Shown: piece by piece, positions 23,601 to 34,788 of the stretch | Layout: each line of letters opens with the position of its first letter | Position numbering within the stretch: the first letter of the stretch is position 1 | Position numbers and translations under genes: made by a program | Notes under the pieces: generated by a model | Databases searched by the model: none | What the model was told of the DNA's origin: nothing | What the model saw: the letters and a program-made list of their open reading frames with translations, nothing else | Assembly: GCA_009103225.1 (NCBI GenBank) | Contig: RHPI01001311.1 | Span: 62,001-126,000, forward strand | Direction: 5' to 3' | Source: Chlorokybus atmophyticus | Lineage: Eukaryota; Plantae; Mesostigma and Chlorokybus algae | Length of the DNA: 64,000 bases

Positions 23601-26600
23601 CTGTCTTCTGAACACCGGTTCGGTGTCCACTAGTTCAATGTCCATCTGGTATGCTGAGCAGATGCCCAGCTCCTTCACACTGAAACTGAATTGGCTCCTC
23701 CACTTGTTGAGGAGAGCCTCGAGTTGCTCTCGAGTCTGGCCTGTGGCCAGCGGTCCAATGGCGTGGGACCACGAGGTAGCGTTGGCGACCACTGGAATGT
23801 CTTCCACAGTGACTGCTGCCTGCTCCTCCATATGGGCGGTCTCGAGGGCGGTGTGTGCTGCTTTGGTCTCTGAAAAGCGAGCAATCCACCCCCCAGCCAG
23901 GTGTTCGAGCTCCTGGAAGGACACATGGCGGTCCTGAAGAGCAAAGCACATTTCCAAGTACCATACCATGCTGTTCTGATTCATGGTGCGCCTTAATAGC
24001 TGACACTGTTGACTGGTTGTCAGCGTGCTGGGTTCCGTTGGGTTCTTCCAGCTGTCCAGTGTTGGAATTTAACACCATGCCGTCGCCTCCATTGCGGAAC
24101 GCGTAGGAGCCTGGATAGGATACAAGTGTGGGTAGTGCGCGGCGCGGCTGACCAGGCTGGTTGCACTGGTAGAAGTGGTGGCGGTCAAGGCGTGTGACCG
24201 GTTGCGCTGTGCGTCCAGGGTCCAGGATGTCATCGACGACGAGATTTCGTGGCCGATTGCTGTATAGGTATTTTGCCAGAAACAGGTCTTCCACAATGGC
24301 CAGGTTGGTCCACTTGGCGCGGACGCGGTGTGCGCGAGATCCATGACGCGCGGCGTTGATTTTGAGAGGATGCCCCAGCAAGGAGCATACTTGCCGATAG
24401 GCCTTGGCGACGTGATGCCGCTTGTCATCCTCGGAGTGCACATTCTCGATGATGTACCCCAAGGGCCTAGCGATCTGACTGGTCTGCAGGAGTTTGATGA
24501 CTCTCATTAGCTCCCAGAACAGCTGTGAGCGAGGATCAGAGAGCCCGTGGCCTCTGCCTGCAGGTGATCCTTGGTAATCCAGCGGATGTTCTGCGGCAGA
24601 GCCTTCTGGCTCCCTTGCAGTGCCGACAGCGGTAGCTGCTGCGGGTAGCGCTGGTGCAGCTGTCGTAAATGATGGCTCAGAGCCTCCTGTGCATGAGGGT
24701 CAGGGTCACAGTAGAGGTACTTGGTGACTGTTGTTCCTGTGTTGAGGACAGCCGCAAGCCCACTGCCTATGCCTCCGAACAGCTCCAGCACGGTGATGCC
24801 TTGTTGTCGGCGGAACATGTGGAACTCCACAACTCCAGTAGCTATGTGGTACTGCTCCTGCACTGTAGCCTGGTCTTTGTAGACAGGGAACTGTGCAGTG
24901 AGCTGAGGCCTAGTCAGTAGCATGTGTGCTGCTACTTGTGCGCTCCAGCGACGCTCGGATGGCTCCTGGAAAGCCACTTCTTTGGTGACAGTCTCCTGAG
25001 GCTCATCGTACGGTGTAGGAGAGTCCTCTTCAGCGTTTAGGCTCGGGCTCGAGCTCGTTGCAGTTGTCCTCGGCTGCGTTCGGGCACGAGGCACACGTGA
25101 GCTTTTTGTGAGACTGTAGGTGGCTGCTGCGGCCGATCTTCGTTGCAAGCGGGCCTTGGCCACCAGTTCGAGAGGTAGGAATCCCTGCTCCTCTCCATTA
25201 TCCTCATCCTAATGCGGTCGAAACCATGCCTGCTCAGTCCAGCAGTCCATCCCCATGCCGACAGGGAAGTTGCAGTCCTGTCCCAGCAGTAGGTCAAAGG
25301 ACCCGGCATCGGTGACCACCCACCTTTGTACAATCTCGGTGCTGTGGGAAGGGTTTAGTTCTGTGAGGCGGATGCTCACAGCCTGCTTGGTAAGGCCGAG
25401 CACCTTGTCGCGGTTGCCGGTTGCGGTGTCCAGCTGGTAGAGACAGGGAAGCAGCTCAGCGCTGGTGGTGCCGTGATCTCGTGCGAGGTAGCGCCCAATG
25501 ATGACAGGCTGTGCTCCAGTGTCCAGCATCACGCGTTTGGGTGCCCGCCCCTTGACGGTCACGTGCTTGCCTTCGTTGGCAATCATGGCTGCATTGGCGT
25601 TGATGCGCAGCCTCTTGCAGCGACAGAACCTCTTGTGTGGGGAGACTGTTGCTTTACTCTCATCTGCGGGGCCTGACTGCATGGCAGCCAGGGCTCCTCT
25701 GCCTGATGGATCTTGTGGGCCTCCTTGTCCTCGGCTTTGTCCAAACCGTCCTTGTCGCGGTTGCTGGTACACGCGTGGTGGCCTAGGCACTGGAGGTGCT
25801 GCTGCAACCTGTCCAAGTGGAGGTGCAGGAGGGTTGACCCTCTGTGCAGCTGTTGTCATGCCAGGAGGAGTGGCCAGTGGCTGTGGCGGGAATTCTGGAG
25901 GACCTGGTGTTTGCGGGACTGCCTCGCGTGCAGCCTGCTCCTCTGCATAGATCCATCGCACAGCATGGGCTGCCTCTCTGACTAGTGTACCTTCCCATGT
26001 AGCCGTCGCATTGTTGTCCACGTCTATATAGCGATGGTTTTGAGGCATGGGCTGCAGGTACACTGCGCGCAGGAGCCGCGCTCTCATGTCGTGGGTGATG
26101 GTGGGCACCCTAAGGATCCCTGCCATGTAAGCATCCCATCTGCCGTTGATCACTCCCACTTCCAGCACTGTTATTGCTCGTGTGCGTACAGTGAGGCGGG
26201 TCTCTGGCTGTTGGACATGCTGCTCGTAAGCAGCGGCGATGCGCCTGCGCTGACGTCCTGCCTCCACTCCTGGCAAACTCAGTATAGCCTCCAGAGCTCC
26301 CTCCAGAGTGTCAGTGGCGGCGGAAGCCACTTCATCATAGGCTTGCCGTATGGAGCGAAGGAATGCGTCCACCCACGCTATTCTGGCGCCAAAAGCGAAC
26401 AACGGGACTGCAGGATGGTTGGTGACCAGCCATGTCACTAACCGTGCGCGTGCCGCATTGCCATTGTCTCGCATCCCAAGCATCTGCCGAAGTCCAATGC
26501 CTTCTTGCCGATGCAGCATGGTTGCTTGTCGCAACAGAGCAGTGCGTAGTTGTTGCTCTCCAACCAGTCCTGCTCCATCTCTTTGTGTACACCCTTGTGG

Positions 26601-29600
26601 TGTAAGGTAGCCCCTCCCTGGCTCCCTTTGGTCCTCAGGCAGATCCTCCACCAGCGCAGGCAGCAACGGGGCGATCACCCCCCTGATTTGCTGAGCCAAC
26701 GCCTTCACTTGGTCAGAGTTGGTCTCGACGAAAAGCGGAGTGGTGCTGGAGGATGGACCAGCAGTTGGTGACTGAGGTATTGGTGCACGCGTAGCTTCAA
26801 GAGCTTGTTCACGTGCAGCAATGGCGGCAGCTTGATCCTGTTGCCAATAATATGCTTGTTCCAGTGCGTGGTAGCGCTGATGAAGGCGAGCGGTTGTAGG
26901 AGGTCCGAGTGCTTCATCAGTGCCCAAAGGTAGGTCGGCTGCGTCGGCAACGCGCTGCTGGATGGTGTTGCGGCGGTCCCGATACATGTCCAGCGGGCTG
27001 GGTTCAAAGATGGTGGTTGGCATGCGTGCAGGCTGGCGCGGGGCTGTCTGCATGTTGTTGTGCAACGCCCAGAACAGCTGCAGGGCCAACTCCAGCACTA
27101 CAGGTGGGCTGTAGCTGATCCAAAACACCCTGTCACGCATCGGAGGTGCAGTGCCAGCAAGGATCTCATCTTCCAACTGGTGTCGAGTGAGTGTTGGAAG
27201 GGTGTGAACCTCTGGTAATGGGAAGACGCGGTCATCGCGGGCGACACGCGTGGTGCGCTCCCCCCCCCCCGACCGAAGGCGATGGTAGTGGGGTCTGCTC
27301 CGCGCAGGATGGTCTCCCATGCTCGCTCAGCTTGCCGACCAGCTGGGACAGCCTGAGTGACGTCGAGAGCGGGCAGAGTAGCTGCGCGCATCGCTGCAGA
27401 GACAGCGGGCTCGACGATGACAATTGTGGCAGTTGCGACGGTACCGGTGGTGCGAGAGTTGTCTCAACGCCTACGGACAGAGGCACTGCTGCAGTGGGAA
27501 GTGCACCGCCCACTGGTGCAGATTCGGTAGAGATGGCGGCTGTTGCCATTGTGTTCACCAGTGTCGGCGTCCCGGTGTCCATCGGTGTACCAGGTTGTGG
27601 TGCAACTGGAGTGGGTGCTGCTGACGTTGGTGGAGTCGACGTTGTAGCCGGTTTGGCTGTTGCTGCAGAGGCAGCACCACTGGTGGCTTCGGAGGAGGTG
27701 CCTGCTGATGTTGTTGCAGCTTCCCCTCGTGCTCGTCGTGATGGTTGCACGCATGACGGAGTGTTCCTGTCTCTCTCGCGTTTTGCAGCCATCAGCGCCC
27801 ATCGGGCAGCGTAGCAGGCGCGGTAGTCCTGCTCCTTGTCTTCCTCCAAGCGTGCCATACGCGCCATGAGGGCTGCCATATGGTCATCATCTGGTGGGTT
27901 GGCTGAAGCCTTGGCGGCAACAGCAGCAGCGCGCGGACGTGTCTCTGGTCCCTTACGCTGAGGAGGTCTGTTCTTCCCCCTGTAGCCTTGCTCTTCCTTG
28001 CGAACACTGGCGTTGTTGTTGTTGTTACTGCCACCAGCGTTGTTGCTGTTGTGGGCTCCAGTGTTGTTGCTATTGTAGCCACTGAAGTGGTTGCCAGTGT
28101 GGCCTCCAGTGTTGTTGCAGTTGTAGCCACTGAAGTTGTTGCCAGTGTGGCCTCCAGTGTTGTTGCTGTTGTAGCCACCGGCGTAGTTGTGGTTGTAGCT
28201 GTTGGCGGGCTTCAACTCTGGGAACTTGAGCCAGCAAACTGACTCCAAATGACCGGTCTTGTGACAGTGGTCGCAAACCAAAGTTGAGTATTCTTCGGTG
28301 CACTCCTTTTGGTAGTGCCCATGCCGTCCACAGCGATGACACCGCACAGGGGCAGCAAGTGCAGCATGAGCTGACCGTTTCCCTTTGACGCGTGCTGGTG
28401 GAGCGTCCCGGCCACGGTCGCGATGAGGAGGCTCTGTTGTCGTGCTGACTACAGGCCGTGCGGCGCTGCGGTTGGTGTCCAGCACTGCCTTCTCATACAC
28501 CTAGCGCTTGTGGATGGCTTGTGCAGTCTCGAAGGCTTCTTTGAGGGTGTAGCCAAGGGGCCTGCTGTAGTTCAGAGTCAGGCGTGTCGACTCGCTCGGA
28601 GCAGCATCCAACTCATTGACGTATATCACTGCAGCAGCCTCCTCACTGACAATCTTGTAGTCAGTGTCCTTCAGCAGACCTTTCAGTTTGGAGTACAAGC
28701 GGAGGGGATCCTCATTGGGCTTGCGTCGGAAGCGTCTCAGCTCCTCAACCTTGCTGGTGGTCTGAGGAGGGAAGGTGCGGCGCAGGGCAGCGTACAGGTC
28801 CTTGAGTGGAGAATCAGAGATGGCAGCACCTACGGTGATGGCTGGTGCGCGCAGTGCTACTGACCCGAGGGTGAAAGCGCTGCCTCCTGCACGAGAGCCA
28901 GGTGTTGCTGGAGGTAGAGGAGTACCCCACTCTGCGGCTGCCGCTTGCTGTACAGCTCTTTGTTCCTCAATGATGATGGCAGAACGGTCAAGGATGCGGA
29001 CTCGACGTGTGGCCTCCTTGGACTCAACTTCTGCAGGGGTCAAGTTGACAAGTACCAACTCTGGTTCCTCCTCCTCTGCCTGCTTGAGAGCTGCAGCTAT
29101 GGTCAAGCCTGTTACTGCAACTGAAGTGGCAGGTGGAACGACACCTGCTGGACGGTGCAGGGATGCAGATGCTATGGTGCTGGCAAGCTCGCCATAGCCG
29201 TCTACTCGATGCAGTTCAGCAACGGACTTCCAGACATCGTGTGCTTCATGATCAAGATACTGAGCAGCAATGTGGAAAGAGATCTCATCTGACCAGTCTT
29301 TGTTCTTCAGAGCTTGCTGCCGCATCTTGGAGTGGAACTTGATGATGAACTCATCCAGCGAGGTGGTGCCGGCACGTCCGGAGAAGCGCAGGGATGTGGT
29401 TGAACTGGAAGACTCCATCTCGTTGTCGTCGCTGTCCGATGATAGTGGAGAAGCTTGATGACGAGGAGTAGAGTGGAGCGGGGTAAAGCTGGAGATGGAG
29501 CGCGAGCCTCTGCTGCTGCGGTCGACGCTCCCGTCACTGGTCCGCTCGTAGGTGAGGTTGGTGGTTGGGCTCCAACTGCTGAGGTCACCCTCGTCTATTG

Positions 29601-29625
29601 GGGAGAACGGGGTGGGCCTGCTCAT
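20636..29625 (-). pseudogene. E2 polyprotein: Gag (2 CCHC) - unknown domain - aspartic protease - DNMT3-like C5 methyltransferase - RT - RNase H - DDE integrase - PHD; disrupted by stops, frameshifts and deletions
   Basis: ORFs 28501-29625 and 27232-28500 (gag); 25209-27320 (MLDTGAQ protease); 24507-25163 and 23635-24507 (MTase); 21918-23984 (YIDDILIF RT, HTDWS RNase H); 20636-21826 (WGLDILG, TDQGTEF, GLAER integrase plus C4HC3 PHD). Confidence 0.92.
23960..24797 (-). pseudogene. E2 DNMT3-like cytosine methyltransferase domain (motifs IV and IX deleted)
   Basis: Motif I ITVLELFGGIGSG, VI GYIIENV, VIII GSRAHRVRAKWTNL; the motif X remnant aligns to E1. Confidence 0.85.
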
Positions 29626-29814
29626 ACAGCTGGTCCAGAGGTGAAAGGGTAGAGTGCTTGTGCTCTACCGTCTATCCTGATGCTGTTACCACCCAACACA
29701 CTAGTGCTTGTGCGCACTATGTGATGACAATGATAACGAATGCCCAGCGATCTATCCCTGGGTGCAGACTGCACTATCTGATGCAGATTGCAACACACTC
29801 ACTTGTGCAAAGAG

Positions 29815-30486
29815 GGTGACACTGTAAGTCAACAAGCCACTACGATAGGTAGTGCTGTGGACACAGTTCTTTGCATGAGTGGATAGATGATAGACTGTTA
29901 AGTGAGGTGAATGAGTGTGCAACACGTGGATACAACACCCTGACTACTGAAACAACACACCACCGTCAAGCTCACAGCAATGACAGGCACAGCGCACAAG
30001 AGCATGCACCGTGTCTCACGCAGTAAGGGAATTCTTGGCAACCGGGGCAGCGTGCTTCCAGTTCAAGTCGCTTCACAAGCTCTTTAGAAACAGAGTCTTT
30101 ACTTCTTAATACTCCTAGTACTCACAGTACTCACTTACAGTGTCACCAGTTAGTCTGATGACATGACTTCCTACTTATACATGTCAAATCATGACTGTGC
30201 AGTGCCACGCGGGCACTAGGCCAACGGTCACATCGAGGCCTCATGCTATTTCGGAAATCTCCTAAGACTCGATATAGCACATGTGTTATTAACAGACTTA
30301 CAAGTGATCAGCTACGCGCGGTCCCTACAGACATTTCTATAAAGTAGCCTTAGCTACATGCTACATGAGCGGTACAGTAGCTAGCAGTAGACTGGGGCTC
30401 GCGCGATTTTCATGCTGGTAGCCCGGGCGTGGGGCTGGGTGTAGGCATGCTCGAGAAGGACTGGCATGCGGGTAGATGGCATGACA
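29815..30486 (-). repeat. E2 repeat A1 with TATA (30179-30172), predicted self-primer (30147-30133) and PBS (29829-29815)
   Basis: On the minus strand GGTGACACTGTAAGT begins 32 nt after TATAAGTA, and its exact reverse complement ACTTACAGTGTCACC lies at the A1/body boundary. Confidence 0.85.
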
Positions 30487-30490
30487 GAGC

Positions 30491-33400
30491 CCACGGCCAT
30501 GTGGGAAGGGACGTTGGTCAGAGAAGCGGCTCATGCTGTCCGATGGACGTACGCCGCGGAGCAAGCTGAACGCGAGGCAGGCCCACAGGCACCGGGTCCT
30601 CCGGGGTTTCCTCCACAGCCATTGAGTACACCCGCGGGCATGATTGCATCTTCGCAGAGGCGGCATCCACCTGCGCCGCCACCACAACCGGCGCCGGTAC
30701 CTCCAGCACCGAGGCCCCCCCGTGTCTACCAACCACCACGATAAGGTCGGTTCGGAAGAGGGAGAGGGCAAGGAGGGGGTCCTCCGGACCCAGCAGGCAG
30801 AGGAGCTCTGGCTGCAATGCGCTCAGCACCCCCAGCTGAGAGAATTGAGACAATTGTGCAGACAGCTCGTACGAAGAGGCTGCGCATCAACGCCAATGCT
30901 GCCATGGTGGCCAACCAAGGCAAGCACGTTACCATTAACGGCCTGGCACCCAAGCGAGTGATGTTGAACACCGGAGCACAGCTTGTCATCATCGGGCGCT
31001 TCCTCGCGCGGTCCCTTGGCATAACCAGCTCCGACTTGGTGCCTTGCCCGTACGTGTTGGACACTGCCACAGGTAGCCGAGATAAAGTGATGGGAATCAC
31101 CAGGGAGGCCTTTTGCATTCGGTTGACAGGGCTGGACCCAACCCACACAACCGAGATCATCCAGCAATGTGCAGTCACCAATGCCGGCTCCTTCGACTTT
31201 CTGCTTGGGCAGGACTTCAACTTCCCTGTGGGCATGGGCCTCGACTGCTGGACAAAGCGGGCGTGGTTTTGGCCACATTGGGATGAGGATGACGGAGAGG
31301 GTTTTCTGCCTCTCGAGTTGGTCTCGCGCACGCGCGCTCAACGCAAAGTGGCTGCCGTGGCCGCACGCAGCCACGCCCGCACACGGGAGGCTGCGTCGGC
31401 CACATAAGACAGCGTTCGGACGCAAGTCGCTGCTGGTGCCACGGCTCCGTGTCGAACCGTCGACTCCTCTCCCACCCCGTACAACGAGGAGCAGGAGGAT
31501 GCCACCGTGGAAGTAGCATTACAAGACCCAGCCGAACGGCGCTGGCTCGCACAGGTGGACGCACACGTCTTGCTAAACCATCCACTGATCACCACGCGCT
31601 TCCCCAACTACCGAAGCCACACCAAGGTGCAGGACCAGCATATGGTGGCCACCGGAGTGGTGGAGTTCCACACCTTTCGCAGGCAGCAGGGCATCACATT
31701 GTTGGAGCTGTTTGGAGGCATTGGCAGTGGTCTTGCCGCGGTCCTCATCACGGGTGTGAAGGTTGTCAAGTACTATTACTGCGACCCAGACCCACACGCG
31801 CAAACGGCCCTCAAGCACCACTTACGCCAATTGCACGAGAGGTATTCACATCAACTACCCCTCTCGGCGTTGCAAGGCAGCCTTCTTGCGTTGCCACAAG
31901 ACATCCGGCTGATCACCGATGATCACCTACTGTCCCTCGGCAACGTTGACTATTAATAGCTAGGTGGGAATGCCAAGGGCACTCCAGGGCAGGCAAGGGG
32001 CAAGGCCTCGAAAACCCTCGCTCATGGCTGTTTTGGGTGCTGATGAGAATCATCCACCTCCTTCAACACCACCAGATCTCCAGACCCCTGGGGTACGTCA
32101 TCGTAAATGTGCATTTAGAGGACGACAAGCGTCCGCACGTGGCCTCCAGCTACCGACAAGTTTGCTCCATTCTGGGGCACCCACTCAAGGTGAACGCTGC
32201 ACGACGATGGCTCGCGCGCACATCGTGTACGTGCCAAGTGGACAAACTTGGCCGCCGTGGAGGAGCTCATGACCGCAAATACACGCGCAGCGCTCGGCCG
32301 CGCAACCTGCTGGTCAATGACATCCTTGACCCCGGCCGCAAAGCACAACCTATCCTGCGTCATGACTACAACCATTTCTACCCGTGCAATCAGCCCGGTC
32401 AGCCCCGTCGCGCACTCCCCACATTGGTGTCATACCCGGGCTCCTACGCATTTTGGAACGGTGGTGACGGGATGGTGTTTGATGCGACCACCAACAGGCT
32501 GGAGAAACCCAACGCACGCGAACGTGAACGCGCCATGGGATTCTTCCCCAACAGCATCACGGGCTCATCGCTGACAGATAGTCAGCAATGCCAGCTGCTT
32601 GGCCGCGCCATGGACCAGAACAGCATGGTATGGCTGCTGGAGCTGAGCTTCGCATTGCAGGATCGCCACGTGTCCTTCGAGGATCTCGAACACTTGGCTG
32701 GGGGGTGGGCTCATCGCGTTGCCGACACCAAGGCAATTCACACAGCCCTCGAGATGGTCCACATGGAGGAGCAAGCAGCAGTGACAGTGGAGGACATTCC
32801 CGTGGTTGCCAATGCGACCTCCTGGGACCATGCCATTGGCCCGTTGGCCACAAAAGACACGCGAGAGAAGCTTGAGGCTCTCCTCAACAAATGGAGGAGC
32901 CAATTCAGCTTTAATGTGAAGGAATTGGGTACATGCTCAGTGTACCAGATGGATCGAGCTGGTGGACACTGAGCCGGTGTTCCGGCGGCAATACAGGCTC
33001 TCCGAGTTGGAAGAGGACATGGTGGAACAGAAATGTAAGGCGCTGCTTGATGCAGGCCTCATCAAAGAGTCCACATCGGACTTCGCAGCAGCAACCGTCA
33101 TGCCACTGAAGAAGAATTCAGCAGGCAACTGGACAGAGCGACGCATGTGTGGCGACTATCGGCCCCTCAACAACAAGACCAAGCTAGGCAGGTTCCCCAT
33201 GCCCACAGCAGAGGGTATCTTTAATGATGTGGGAGACTGCACAGTCTTCAGCATCATGGACATGCGTCAAGGGTACAACCAGATCGCCATCAAGGACGAG
33301 GACAAGCACAAGACCTCCTTCTGGAGCAACCGACAATTGTATCAATGGAAGGTAATGCCGCTCGGGCTGAAGAATGCCCCCGCCAAGTTTCAACGCGTCA

Positions 33401-34788
33401 TGGACAAGGCTTTGAAGGGGCTGGACTTCGCGCGGTGCTACATCGATGACATCCTCATCTTCAGCCGCAACAACGAGGAGCATCTTCAGCACATCGAAGC
33501 GGTGCTGGAACGACTCAAGGGAGTGGGGATGACCGTACACCCCGACAAGTGTACCTTCTTCACCCACAAGGTGCCGTACTTAGGGCACATGATTGTGCCC
33601 CATGGTGTGTATGTGCAGCAGGCAAAAGTAGAGGCTCTGGCAGCTATCCCTGCCCCGACAGACCCCACACGTCTGCGCGCTTTCTTGGGACTTGCCAACT
33701 ACTATCGCCGGTTCGTGAAGGACTTGGCGAAGATCGCAAGGCCCCTCAACAAGCTATTGAAGAAGGAGGTGGAGTTCGCATGGAAGGAGCCGCAACAACA
33801 GACCTTTGAGGAGCTGAAGCGCAGGCTCACCACCGCTCCCATCCCTCAACGTCCGGACTACGCCAAGCCTTTTATCCTTCACACCGACTGCAGCAAGCTG
33901 GGGATGGGAGCGGTGCTGGTGCAGCACGATGAGAACAAGAAGGAGCGGGTGGTGTGATACGCCAGCCGAAGCAACAATAGCGCCGAGGCCAACTACAGCA
34001 GCTATGAGGGGGAGTGCCTCGCTGTAGTGTGGGCCATCTCCTTCTTCCAACCCTTCCTCTTTGGTCGGCAGTTCCAACTGATTATCGATCATCAGCCCCC
34101 TCAAGTGGCTGATGACCAACCAACATCTTACAGGGAAACTTGCTCGATGGGCCCTGCTGTTGCAGGAGTACGACTTCGAGATCGACCACCGCGCTGGCCT
34201 CACCAACCAAGACGCCGATGGCCTTGGTCGCAACCCTCACCTCAGCACGAACGATGCAACGGGAGCTCGGCATGAGCTCGTCCCTGCAGCAACAACCCCC
34301 ACCATGGCAGCCATGTTTGCTGCTGCCGCGTTGCGCTCAGGGCGCAAGACCAACACCACTGCCTCAGCAGTGGCAGAAAAGATTCCTGCCCTTGAGTCTA
34401 ACGGCCCTGCGGCAACCACACCCTTGGGAGACGCCCACGCAGCCGACATTAAAGTCGATGACACACAGCTGGCGCCCGCTGACACCAGGCAGGACATATG
34501 GCGGGACAAGCCATCACTCTCCTTTCTTCAAAGTGGCCAGCTTCCCTCCGGCATGAGTGCTAGAGAGAAGGACCGTGTCAACCAACGCACCCGACACTAT
34601 CGATGGGCAGGTGACAAGCTGTATTGCCGCTTCCATGACAAAGACAAGGAAGTGCCGACACCACGTCACGCGCGAGGGCATCATCACTTCCCTCCACACT
34701 GAGCTTAGACACTTCGGTGTCAAGCGTACAGTCAGCCTAGTGAGGGCACGATGTTGGTGGTATGGGTTAACAACACAGGTGCAGGGGT
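30491..34788 (+). pseudogene. pol: E1 protease - DNMT3-like MTase - RT - RNase H - start of integrase (degenerate)
   Basis: MLNTGAQ (protease D>N). MTase motifs: I ITLLELFGGIGSG (31693), IV WECQGHSRAG (31965), VI VIVNV (E>V), VIII RAHRVRAKWTN, IX RERERAMGF, X QLLGRAM. RT YIDDILIF. Confidence 0.88.

Larger units (their letters stand above)
19469..30486 (-). mobile_element. E2: second DNMT-encoding Ty3/gypsy-like element with split direct repeats, inserted antisense into E1
   Basis: The minus strand starts TGTCATG (30486) and ends GCACGACA (19469). Exact 4-bp TSD GAGC (19465-19468, 30487-30490); removal restores E1 codons D-T-E-P-T-A-M-W. A1 29827-30486, G7 tract 20590-20596, B1 20351-20589, GC spacer 20349-20350, A2 19695-20348, B2 19469-19694. 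Confidence 0.92.

Noticed and set aside
28498-28503. Programmed readthrough at the in-frame TAG in E2 gag
   Set aside because: E1 has a sense codon (GCG) at the same position, so it is more likely a nonsense mutation.
19469-30486. Classifying E1/E2 as DIRS/Ngaro elements
   Set aside because: No recognisable tyrosine recombinase ORF; the RT is Ty3-type, an rve DDE integrase is present, and insertions have 4-bp TSDs.
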